From assembly GCA_001724265.1 (NCBI GenBank), contig MEDY01000108.1, positions 1 through 64,000 on the forward strand: 64,000 nt of DNA. The letters are read 5' to 3'. Shown here piece by piece: positions 51,270 through 63,000 of this stretch. Made by a program: the position numbers and the translations under genes. The DNA is from Rhizaria sp. SCN 62-66 (taxonomy: Eukaryota). The notes below the pieces were generated by a model that was not told the DNA's origin, ran no database searches, and saw only the letters and a list, made by a program, of their open reading frames with translations. Each line of letters begins with the position of its first letter. Position 1 is the first letter of the stretch.

Positions 51270-51720
51270 TTCTAGAGGTTTTTGTAATTAAAAAATAATT
51301 AATAAATATAATACACTAATTTTTATTTTAACAAACAAAGGATGTATATAAAAGAATACTTATCATTAAAACAAGTAATTATCCATTTAAATAATTTTTA
51401 TTAGTTTTATTTGATATGATAAATGTAAAAGTCGTTTAAAGCCCGTGTCGCATTTCTTTTTGAGGTGAAAAACTGTTTTTCGCCCAATCTTTTTTCTTAA
51501 AAAAACTGCTCACTTTTATGCAACTAAATAATGCCAATAAGTTATATTATAAACATTTTTTATCTGCAATAATTTTATGCTAAAAAAACTAAATCCTTTT
51601 AAAAAACATTATAATCTACTTCATTAAATTTAATAATGCTGTTAAAATAAATACAATATTAATTTTTAAGTTATATTAATTTTGATATTGCATATCTCGA
51701 TATAACTCTTTAGGATTTGC
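51270..51720. other. Very AT-rich intergenic island
   Basis: About 450 bp of mostly A/T runs, sharply different from its flanks; no ORF. Confidence 0.6.
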
Positions 51721-53146
51721 TTTCGTTTAGCCGTCTCGTTCGTGAAGCTCAGTATTCTATGCTAACACTAGTATGCATGTTTCATTAGGGTTGATAGGAT
51801 AGTTTGCGGCATTTTCAATCGTCAAGCTGCTTATCGTCAAGCTGCTTATTCTTTGTGTAACCATGGTTATCAGCGCCTGAATCGACTCGGGGTGAAATCT
51901 GCGTCGGCACCTAAGCAACTAAATATAGAGCGATAGCAACAATGTGTTGTACCTGCGGACGCTCTGAATCTTCGTCCGCAGAACAACAGAACATCACCTC
52001 TCAGGTCGTCGTTGCTGTTGCTGCTGTTGCTGCTGAGGCATTGACGCAGGCACAGGCACACCAATGACAACGCGGTGAGTGGCGACACGGATACTGATGA
52101 CACTAAATGCACGCAATGATTCTTGACTCTCTTGGCTCTCAAGTAAGCTTAACACGTGAAGTGATTCGCTGTTTGTGTATTCACCAGATAACAACTAAAA
52201 TTGCTACATGTATCCGTAAAATGAAGCTAAATATGTCGATGCAGTATCCAGAGATAAGTTTAGTTTTCGTCACTCCACACACCTCTGCGAATGTGCAACG
52301 TAAGATGACTTGCCCAAAAAATATACACAACGTTACTGTAGTATGAGAAGGACAAACTCTACTCAATTCTTGCTAATCGGCAATCAATAGCAAGTGTTAT
52401 AGAGTTTAAAAATCACAGAAGACATGACATTGCCAAACTCACAGGTTTGCTCCCGGTCATGTGTCTCAAAACGCTGCAACAATGTGGCGTCAAAAAGGCT
52501 GATCTCTGTCGTCACGGTGCGCGGGCCGCTTGCCCCGCACGCACGACATCACGCGGCCGACGGGTACGGCGCCGCGCAGTAAGTCTGCTGGGCTCGGCTG
52601 AAAGACAATGAATCACGGTGTGTTGAACGAGCCATTGCTAATACGGAGCACTTCCTAATCAAAGAGACAGCTTCAGGGATGGGGTACTAAGTACATTGTT
52701 GCGGTGCTTGCTTCCGGCTCTGAGTACTAGCCATAGACAATGTCTGTCTGCGGAAGCAGCAAAGGCGCCGTTGCGCAACAGTCCCAATGCACAAATGTTC
52801 AACTGGTTCTCTCCAATACCCATTGAAAACAGAATATACCGAAGCAATTCACAGCACGTCTTTGTTGAGCCGCTCGAGAGCAGTTGTCGTGCCGCTCGCG
52901 ACACGTCAGGCGCAGTTCTTAAGATCGTGTCAGTCAAGAGCGCGAAGTGTTGCAGCAGCAACAAAGCTATAGATAGGGGCAATTTGTTGACATTGGCATT
53001 GACCCAAGATAAAATCGTGTGAAATCCACGTTTGTTCAAACCTTAAAGCATGGAAAGCCAGTTTTAGTAGTACACTGCCTTCAGTAGCGTTGCCAAAGCC
53101 AACAACACGCAGGCTTAACACAAGTTTAAAGGTCTCCACCGCCACT

Positions 53147-53212
53147 AACACACACACAAACACACACACACACACACAGACAGAGAGAAAGAGAGAGATG
53201 CCAGAGAGAGAA
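53147..53212. repeat. (CA)n/(GA)n compound microsatellite
   Basis: Directly visible dinucleotide runs. Confidence 0.85.
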
Positions 53213-53578
53213 GACGCGGACAGCTTAGATTGTATACACAGATACGTAGGAAGGTGAAAGGAATATGGATTGTTCCCACTCCTTCACAGTGCCTTGCAAC
53301 TCGTGCAAAAGCGTAACGGTGCGTACAGCTTGCCAGCTCAATCTTGACGTCGAATAAGATTTTTGTATTTCTGACGACAAAAAAACACAATGCAGATATA
53401 ATTAATTCATTTGACGATCAATATCTGGCGATACACCATGGGCAAATTGCCGCCTCGTTAGGCTCCCCTCCAAAAATAGAGCGCCACAAACGACTATAAA
53501 TAGATGGAATATCTTCGACTAGATTGGTTAAATGAAGGCGTTGCTTGCACTGCAAAGTGCCGGAAACGTAGTTCCACA

Positions 53579-53710
53579 GCTCACATAGCGTAGTGGTCAT
53601 TGCGACGCCCTTCTAGAATTCACTCTCGGTTTTGCTACTCGATTCTCTGAAGTCGGTGCCAACGAGAGGAAGACAGGCGTAAGTCGCGGGTTCGACTCCC
53701 GCTGTGAGTA
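53579..53710 (+). tRNA. tRNA-Arg(TCT) with a 59-nt intron (53616-53674) at the canonical 37/38 position
   Basis: Acceptor GCTCACA/TGTGAGT, anticodon stem ACGCC/GGCGT, loop CT TCT A^A, GGTTCGACTCC T-arm, T9 terminator. The intron contains a CTCTCG/CGAGAG stem. Confidence 0.85.
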
Positions 53711-53992
53711 ACCCTTTTTTTTTGCGCGACCACCCACCCGCACCCGTCCGTGCCCGTCGGTGCAGGCCGTCTGGTTTTTTTTGGGCTCCCTGGTTCACTT
53801 TTGAGGGTACCCCAGACAATCACCCTGTCCTAGCGCCCGACAGCGTCGGGTCTCTGTCCGCGCCTCCGCCGCGCTCGCCTCGGCCATCCACGGCAACAGC
53901 AGCGCGAACAGCAACGCCAGCGCGGGTAGTTGGAACAAGGCGGTGCTACTGGAGCATGCCCGCGTGTTGTCTCTGTTGTTAATTATTTAATA

Positions 53993-54187
53993 GACTCTAA
54001 ACTGGTCCCGCTGCCGCCGGTGCTGTCGCGCAACGGACGCGTGCCCGTGGTGTCGACGGTCTACGCCAACGGCAACAGCGCGCACGGGCACGGACACGGC
54101 AGCAGCCGCGGCCACGGGGGAAAGGGCGGCAGAGGGGAGGTGTCGCCGCGCAAGGCGTGTTACTTCTTCAACAAGGTGCTGGCCTAA
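53993..54187 (+). pseudogene. Orphan terminal-exon-like coding fragment
   Basis: GC-rich coding-like codons after a TAATAG acceptor-like site, ending FFNKVLA-TAA-TAA. No clear upstream exons. Confidence 0.3.
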
Positions 54188-55147
54188 TAACGCGAGCGCG
54201 GGCGCTGGTGATGATGGCGATAGAAGCAGCAGTAGCATTTGCTTAATGTTGTATTAATATTAGTAGGCTTGATGGTTTTTGTGTCGAGTGGGTGTTCAGT
54301 ATTTCTTTACCGGTTACATGTACTCCGTCCGAGTAGCTTGTAAAACCAGGAGCACGGCGAAGCCCTTGTCTCGCGCTCGTGACACGATTTTGTTTTTTGG
54401 AGGTACAATATGTTCATATTTGTTAGACCGAAACGGACCTCGCCAATTATTGTCTTCTGATCAGCCTATGCTATTGGTCGAGTTCGGTTTAAGCTTCCTA
54501 ATGAAGGCTTGACCTTGGTAAGTTACTCAAGCTTAAGCTTGATACAGTAAGTGCGTTCTTACCCTTTGCGGCGACTGTGACGTTTACAAGGTCGCTGCTG
54601 CTTGAGCCTAATTACGTCACTATTATCCACCTACTTTGTATTGAAGTTTTAAGCTCATTACCTACTACTAGTATGTATTAATACATATGTTCGGGAAGTC
54701 TCTAAACAATCTTTCAACAATAACAAGTCCCTCTCAACTTCAGGTCAAGACATCAACTCTCTATATCGCATTTTCACCTGAAGACGGATGTCAGAGGACA
54801 AAAAGTTCAACACTAACCTTGAGTCGCACTCTCGTTACATTACAGAGCGCACCACTGCTTTGGGCGCGCCGTTTCCTGTGTCTCTCAAGCGCATCAAGCG
54901 CATCAACCAGACGCTGGACGTTGGTTCTGACAGATGACTTTAACTTGAAATCGAACTAAGACTAGAGTTAGCAGATATCAGCTCAAGGTAAACAAATAGA
55001 AAAAAAGTATGTATTCTTTCTTACAAATAGATAGTTAAGACCCGAAGAAACTATGAAGATATTCCACAAAACATATTTAGCTAATTTAATGTATGTATAT
55101 CAATAGTTTGACAAACACGCTCATCAAACTGAAAGCAGGTCGAGTTT

Positions 55148-55219
55148 GCGCTATTGGTCTAGTGGTTATGATTGATCGTTGCCAACGATTAGAGCCGTGT
55201 TCGATTCACGGATAGCGCA
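55148..55219 (+). tRNA. tRNA-Gly(GCC)
   Basis: GCGCTAT/ATAGCGC acceptor, GATCG-TT GCC AA-CGATT anticodon arm, GTTCGATTC T-loop, T11 terminator. Confidence 0.94.
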
Positions 55220-55360
55220 CCTTTTTTTTTTTCCCGGCCTTTCTTTACTGGTCCCACCTCGCCAGCGCACGCAGTCCCCACTGCTTTCTTTTTTGCCCCC
55301 TCTGACTCTCAGCAACCAAGTTTGCGTGAATTCACGCCACTTTCCCCAAAGCCCCTCGAA

Positions 55361-55630
55361 GCGTTACCTGAGAGACAGTCCTAAGGATCAGCGTTACCTG
55401 GGAATGGAAGACGTATCAACCGATTTGTTTCGTTGATCCTTACGACTGTCCCATGTGCCGCTTTAGGGTCAGGTTCGCCTTGCACGGAGGCCTGTATTCG
55501 TATCAGTAACGGGGTAGATGCGCGGCGGCACAGTGAGTGGAGCATGCACTTCGAGCCAGCCTTGAAAGAATACGAAAACGAAGAAATTAATGCACTAGTG
55601 AACGTACGTTGCTGGCTTCCACTTTGCGTC
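55361..55630. ncRNA. Candidate structured ncRNA of unknown class (three consecutive stem domains)
   Basis: 20-bp stem 55374-55393/55431-55450, TGTGCCGC/GCGGCACA stem, and GTGGA..AGCCAGC/GCTGGCT-TCCAC stem. No family motif recognised. Confidence 0.4.
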
Positions 55631-55973
55631 CCCAAAGAGCGTGTTTGCTAATCGTGCATATATTGCTATGTATATTGCGCAAACTTGATAAAATCTAAAG
55701 AACAGAACATCTGTGTTGGATTTCCACGAGGATGATGCTACATAAGCGAACCTCGATCGATCGATCAACGCAGAGAGAGAGGTACCGGTTACAGCACAAC
55801 AACAGCAACAGTGGTAGCAACAGCAGAAGCAATAAACGTCACAGCAGCAAAAGTAACAGTGGAGGCAGAAGCAAGAAGCCAGAAGCTTCGCACGCACACG
55901 CTAGTTAGCTAGATAGTTACCGTAAGTTAGTTCGTTAGTTACTGTCATATACAGTCAAGACAATAACAATAAC

Positions 55974-56324
55974 TCATACAGGGAGACTGCAGACTGCGAT
56001 ACCGGCATCAAACACAGTACCCACGGCCACCAATACCCGCTCTGGGCCGGTCACCATCTCGAACGCATCCTCAAACTGCTCTGACTCGGACTTAGACTCT
56101 GTTTTTGACTGCGCCTTTGACTGCGACTGTGAGGGTAAGTGCGAGTGTAAGTGCGAGCGCGAGCGCAGCCGCGGCAGTAATGGTGACGGCAATGGGACGG
56201 CGACCGACGATCCGCCGAGCTTGAGCCCTGCGGCCGCTGGCTCTGGCTCCGAGAGCAACGTGATGGCCGCCTGTTTGGGCTCACCAGTCGCCGATAAGGG
56301 CACGAACGATACATGCAATGGCGC

Positions 56325-56377
<53 letters not shown>

Positions 56378-59300
56378 TTGTAATCAAACCAAACAAACAC
56401 GAACGAGAAATAAAAGCAATTTAAAGAGAGAAACGCAATTAAGGGAGAGAAAAAACAATTAATGGGAGTAATAACATAAAAGGCAGCAGAGGAGATGCAA
56501 AGAAAGGGGAAAAGCATTGGGAGCAATACAAAATGGGGAGAAAAGCACAGGGAGAAGAAGAAGAAAGACAAAAAGCGCAGTTGTTAAATGTGAGAGTAAA
56601 TGTTTGTTTGTTGTTTTTCGAGATAAGCACGCATCCATTGACATAAAGCCATGTAAAGTTATACATCGTGTGCAACAGATTGAGATGATTTTAGAGCAGC
56701 AGATGCTGATATAACAAACACACAACTCAAAGTGTCAATTACGCTGCTCGATAGTAGTTGCAATTAGTCACCAAATATAAACGAAACGAAATAAACACGG
56801 ATCAAAGTTCTCAGCTGAACCAGTATAAACAAAGCAAACACTGTCACTCACCAAGTTTGATTAACGTAAACAAAGCTAAACAAAACCGCAACGCTAAATA
56901 AAGCGAAGCTAAGCAAAGCTAAGAGAAGTTCCGATATTCAAAGAGAGCTCGTATACTATGACATCTCTCTCTGAAGTATTAATAGTGCAGGAATGGCAGA
57001 CGTACCTAGACTGGAGGGATCAGACGCAGTTGCGATAAAGCGGTGAATCAACGGATGTGACGCCACCCAAAGCCCCCTCTGCTGCCCATGGTCATTCTTC
57101 AGCTGCTCACGGTCACTCTGCTCACCACTGCGAGGATGATTGTGCACATCGAAGGGGCGGCTTACTTTACTGTCAGAAAGCCAGAGGTTATCAGCAGCAC
57201 CATCAATCGCCACTGTAGCCACCGCTTTCGTCCCCACCTTGTACTCATAATACCTCACCTGCTTATTCTTATTCTTCTTCTTACCGACAGCGTCGTCCGC
57301 AGTCGCCGTGTAAGTGTCCTCAGTGTGAGTGTCATTGGTGTAAGGGTGCGCAGTGCAAGTGTAAGGGTATGCGGCTAAACTTCGGTCCTGCGTGGAAGCC
57401 ACCCAGATTCGTTTCGCTGCCTTATCAATAATGACGCCATTGGGCTGAGACAGGCCCTCCACCACTAATGAGCACTCAGTACCCATGAGTGCGTTCTCCT
57501 TTTTGTTGTTGTTCTTGTTGTTATTGCGGTTACTCGTGGGTGTAGCACCCGTGAGTGAACAGAGGGCAAGGGAGCCCCAACGACGAAATGAAGCCATTTC
57601 GAACAGAGTGCCAGGGCCGTCTGCGGCAGGGGTGTTTAAGAAGTTACTATTGATGTTGTTGTTGTTGTTGTTGTTGTTGTTGAGAAAGAGGAAAAGAAGG
57701 AAACAGCGAGAGATAAAAGAATCAACAGTAAAAAGACGTGAGAGTGAGTGGGTCAAGTTAGAGGTGGTAAGATTGCGCACGTGCTCATAGCTGCACACAT
57801 GCTTACGAGTTGTTTCGATGTACAAGAGCGTCATATCCACAGAAAAATAAATCGACTTATATCAACAAAACACGTGGAGTACATCGAATCATGCGTTTCT
57901 TGTGATATCACACTACAAAGCAAACATGTTTAAAGCAAACACGTATGCATTCATCAAGCCAATCACATCAAAGCACTCACATCCAAAGCATTGACTCCGT
58001 AGCGTCTTATCAAAACATGTGTAAAAGAATTGCCTCCGTAGCATCACTTCAAAGCGTGTGAGAAACATTGACTCTGTCACAGTCGCAGTGACAGCTTCGT
58101 CAAAGCATAACCAACAACTTGCAAAGCACAAGAGTATCTTATACAGGCGGCAACCAAAGCTTCTTGTTTTCTCCGACCGATACTTTTGAATAATTAAAGA
58201 GTCAAAACAGCACACTTATAACAACAAATAATTAGCATATATAACATCAATAATGAAGCAAGCGTGGTAATATGTGAGTAACTAAGCAAACGTACGTCGC
58301 CACAAAGGTATCCCTATCGAGAAATGCAACCCCGTTAAGATTCCTCAGTTGTTTGGGATGTGATTGGGCATCTGCCACTGCAACTAGCCTCAAAGCCAGA
58401 GATGGTAAAAGATCGGTTACGTTTGCACGTAGTTGGCTCACAGTTACAACACTCTCACTCTCATCGAAGCGATGACTACCATCACCGTCGCTTTTGTTGT
58501 CACCGTCGCTGTTGCTGTTGCTGTTGTTGTTGTTGGTCTCGTTGTCCCTGTTGCTTGTCGTAGGAGTGGGAGTAATTGAAATGAGGTCAAAAACGGCCAC
58601 TGCAGGCCCTTTCCGAGCCACCAAAACCACAGCAACTCGAATGCCCCCCGCCTCCTTATTATGACTCCTTGTAGTTTCACCACCATTATCACCATCACTA
58701 TTGTCGTTGCCGTCATCTTGTGATGACGGTGTTGATGATGTTGACGTTGATTCATCAGTTACTGAGAGTGTGAAACCTAAGGGTTGAAAGTCAGGCCGCG
58801 TTTCAAAGTCCCAACCCCTTAGAGGCAGTGCTCGAAACAAGCCGCCCCCCTTAGATACATCACCCTTAAACTCATTCGACGCGCCCTACTTAGACGCATC
58901 CCCCTTAGACGCAGCCAACGCGTTTGCAGCGAGCTTGTTGGCAGCTTCAATAGCAACATCGTTTGCAATTGCGACTAAAACTGCCCCTTGGTATTGTTGT
59001 TTCCCTAACATCGCCAGCCTTCCGGCCGAGGTGGAGAGATCAAGCCCTTCCCCCGCCCCCGCCATAGTAGGATCCCCTGCCTCCCTCATAGTCGCGGTGG
59101 CAACCGATTGGTCGCCGAAAGCGCGGCGATAGGGGGCGGAGGCGGCGAACAGCAGAGGACCAGCTAAGCGTAAATCCTCAGCTGCACGCATGAGGGGCGA
59201 AGAGGCGTCGATAGCGACACAGGAGGACGCTGATGATGCCGATGCTGGTGCAAGGGCGCTGTCGATATAGGGCCGGAGAGCGACAGAGAGGAGGCAAAGT

Positions 59301-59660
59301 ATAGCAGAGCACACGTGTTTGGTTTGCGAGAGACACAAAGTGAGAGGGATAAAGCGGCATGGCAATAGGACAAAAGGAAATAAACAAGTAAGGTTAATTA
59401 AGGATTAAGGAAACGCACGTATACTTGCTTACAAAACGATTGGCGCCAAGACTAGCGAGATATATGAGAAGATATGTTTCCGGGGAAAGACATCGATGAC
59501 GAAGGACGGACCTGTTTTTTGTCATAAGAAGCGGTAGCCTTGCATTGTTGGGGGTGAGAGTGGTGAAAAAGTCGAGAGCTGCAAGGTAGTTATATATGCC
59601 ATAGGCGAGCGCGAGCGCTAGGAACGCTGATACAGAAGCACAACGACTCTTGAGAATCAT
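55974..59660 (-). CDS. Paraoxonase/arylesterase-like beta-propeller protein with an N-terminal signal anchor; multi-exon; in-frame TAG at 58886-58888
   Basis: PON-like motifs in order: AAEDL, DFQPLGF, LRNLNGVAF..FVAT, FEMASFRRWGSL, VVEGLSQPNGV, ADNLWLS, LWVASHP, VGTVFD..VCSL. One junction (58295 to ~57621) is not phase-resolved. Ends TGA. Confidence 0.78.
56324..56375. repeat. (GTT)n/(AAC)n microsatellite at the 3' end of a paraoxonase-like gene intron
   Basis: About 16 perfect units immediately upstream of the acceptor on the minus strand. Confidence 0.9.
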
Positions 59661-60027
59661 CGTCCCAGTCGACTTTGCTATGGGTCGGTGGCAGCAAACG
59701 GGGGAGTCGGAGGTGTGAGAGCTCGAGGATATGATCATAGATCGGGAAATTAATAACCATCCGAACTTTAACGCGCTGTTTAAAACATTAATCTTTAATT
59801 ATATTCCTTGAAGTTCCGTTTTCACGCTAGGGGATATCTTTTCGTTAACACTCGCAGCCTTGCCCGGAGCAGCGCGACGAGAGCGACCTAAGTTTGAATT
59901 CCTTCCTTCATTTTTCTTCCGCTCACATCTTTCTGGCTTTAAACAACCACACCTTTGCATTTTTATACTTCTTAAAACCACTCGCACGTGTTTTTAGGGT
60001 CGTCTAGATCTTTCGCAGAGCTTGCGA

Positions 60028-63000
60028 ATGCGTCCCTCAGGCTCAGGCTCAGGCTCTGTCAGTGGCAGCGGTGGCAGTGGCATTCCTATTGCTCCCCCTC
60101 CTACTCCTCTCCCGTACGCTCTATCACTTTTTAACAACATTTATACCAACTTACACCATTATTTTGTGTTATCTCCTGATCATTTGGCTTAGCCACAACG
60201 TATTATCTCTTTGAAACCCTGTTTCGTCAACCACAATCATCCCTCATCGTTTTCGTTTCTCCTATCTTTACTCTTTGATACCTTCCTCCCTTTTAGCCCC
60301 GCTGCATTGCTCTCCAAGCTCCGCGCAATTCCGGCCGTTTCGCAAGCGTCCCTTACCCCTCAAGCCGTTACCGACCTCAAATGGGGGTTTGTCGAGCCTA
60401 CCTTAGCTGCTTTAGCAAGGGCTTCTGGATCAACAGCTATTGATGATCTAGTTGAATCACGTCGTAAAGAAAGGGCGTTTGAACGGGCATCTCCTCTGGG
60501 ACCGAACAAAGCGCGCGAGGCGGCGTATCAGGTACGCGTACTTCCATGTATACTAATTAGATTCGCACTGTTACTGCACTTACATTCAAACACTCGCTTG
60601 AGATTGAGAAGTCTTGATCTGATTTGCAGATGTGATGCTTGTAGACTATACTTTGCTTTGGCTTGATGAGTCGCTACGATATTCGCTATATATATGAGTT
60701 ATTTACTCACAAAATGCAGTTTTCCTTCAAGATTGATTCATATTCGCTCACATCTTTGCTGTTTCATTCTTGCTTCTCTTGTTTGGTTCATGTTGTTCAC
60801 GACTACCATTTACCTTGCGTTTACATATTGCATATATCTGTCGACACTTTGTGCTGTCACTCTATCTTTTCGCTTTGTATATGTGTCTTAGGCGGCTTGT
60901 CTTAAAACAGCGGCTAATATTGCATCTGTTTCCTTACCCGCCCCCTCACAGTCACAAGCTGTTATAAGCCGCCTTTCTCAAAACTCTCATAACTCTCAAA
61001 ACTCAGCCTCTAATGCTGCTGCTGCTGCTGCTGGTTTGACTGGTGACAAAGGGGGGGTTTCAGTTTCAGTTGTTGCTGTTGAGAAAGTGACTGTAGCATC
61101 GGTTTTGACTGCTTTGGCCGCAAAGGCGGCTTATGTTTCGACAGCGACTGAGAGTATGCCTGGCCAGGGCGTTTCCACCAAACAACAACAACAACAACAA
61201 CAACGCTTGCAACAACAACAACAACAACAACAGCAACAGCAACATCAGCAGCAGCAACAGTCTCAAATGCAGTCACAACTGAAATCTCCACCTCAACCTC
61301 AGCCTCAGCCTCAGCAGCAGCCTCAGCAGCAGCCTCAGCAGCAGCAACAGCAACAGCAACAGATTACAGAGTTGCAGCAGCGTTTGTCGCAATTGCAAGC
61401 TATGGTTGCTCACCAACATCAACCTCAGTCTTTACAACAACAACAACAACTACAACAACAACAGCAGCAGCAATTACAACAGCATCAGCATTTGCAGCAG
61501 CAGCAACAGCAACAACAAAGGGGTATGATTGCAACACCTAGCCGTTTTTCAGCAAGGCCACAGTCACCTATCATCACCCCTGCCTTTGCCGCTGCCCCTT
61601 TTGCCACATCTGACCCTCATGCAGAGTCTATTTCTCATCAATCTCAGTCTGCGAATGCGCAGGGGCGGGGGCCTGGTGCCAGAGTAGAGAGACGGGGGCC
61701 TGCGGGTTTAACAACGGCACAGCTGCAGCGGCCACAATCAGGTCGTGGCCTAGTAAATACTGTTAACAATAATAACACTATCAACAACATCAACAATATC
61801 AGTCCTAGTAACGCTACGAATAACAGCATTGTCAATCCTAGGAGTACGAATCACAATAGTATCGTTTACTCTGATTCTTCGAATGCCGGCTCTGCGAGTG
61901 CTGCTTTCACTGCTAATGCCAACGCTGTTTCTTCCTCCTCCAACGCGACTGCAACTGGGGCTGCCACGGTGACTGATGTTTTCAGCACAGGCCTCGGCCG
62001 CCGCCGACCTGCCCCCGCTACTATGGCGGGGGCGGGGGGCGCTATGGCGGGAGCGGGGGGGTCGTCGTCATCGTCGATGTTGTTGGAGAAGGGAAAAGTA
62101 GGGGCTACGCTGGCAGCTTTGGCTGGAGGGCCTGATGTTGACGATGATGACAACGGTCACGCTGCGCAAAAACAGCAACAACAACAAAAACAGCAGCAGC
62201 AGCAACAACAACAACAGCAGTTTCAACAATAGCAGCAGCAGCGGCGGCCTCAGCAGCCTCGATGGCATCATCCTGATGACGACCACGACGACGATAATGA
62301 TGGCCGCTTTAACGCCGATAACGATGACGTCAACGGTCGTTTCCGTTACCACAGCGCCACTGAGCCCGAGCCGGAGCCAGAGGCTGAGGCTGAGTTTGAG
62401 AATGGAGCTGTGACGGAGGCTGGAGCAGGAGCTGCTTTGAGTAATCACAATTCCCGTGTCAATACTAAAAAAACACCCCTTCCTGGCTCTAGCTCAAACT
62501 CAAAATCTAAACCCAGCAGCAGCAGCAGTAGCGGCGGCGGCGGCGGCAGCGGCGGCGGCGACAAAGGGGGTGATGCTGGTAGTAATAACGGTAGTTTGAT
62601 GGCTACTTTACGCCGGGCTCAGGCCCGAGCTTCAGCTGAATCCTCTCGGGCTGAGAAGGCTGAACGCATTGCCGCCGCCGCACAACGGGAGATAGCTTTA
62701 TTACGACAACAGCTCGAAAGGTCCGAGGCTGCTTCCGCCGCCGCTGCCGCCGCCGCCGAACTTGTTGCTGAAACGGCTGAGGCTGCTGAAGCCGAGGCTG
62801 CTGAGGCGACGAAAGCAGCAACTGCAGTCGCGGCGGCGTCAGCGGGGGCGGGGGCGACTCATGCAGCCTCTCTCTCTCACGCTGCTGCCGTTGGCTATAA
62901 CAATAATAATAACTCTAGCAATGGCACTGCTACTGGGAGTGGTTCTACTGCGTCTGGCTATGATCGTGGCAGCCCTCTCCCTATGCCTCCGCGCAATCGT

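Noticed and set aside
53579-53710. Intron-containing tRNA read as an amber (CTA) suppressor, because TTCTAG lies in its anticodon region
   Set aside because: The perfect stem ACGCC/GGCGT puts TCT at 34-36. A CTA register needs a C:A mismatch and a shifted D-arm, and the body resembles tRNA-Arg(UCU), not tRNA-Gln.
55361-55500. U1 snRNA (TTACCTG and TTGCAC words)
   Set aside because: There is no ATACTTACCTG start, no recognisable U1-70K loop in the right place and no Sm site. Kept only as an unassigned structured element.
27979-62232. In-frame TAGs as pseudogenisation, sequencing error or pyrrolysine
   Set aside because: All eight interruptions are TAG, with no TAA/TGA or frameshifts, catalytic motifs are intact and no gene ends in TAG. 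Polyglutamine contexts and a eukaryotic host argue against pyrrolysine. A read-level check is still needed.
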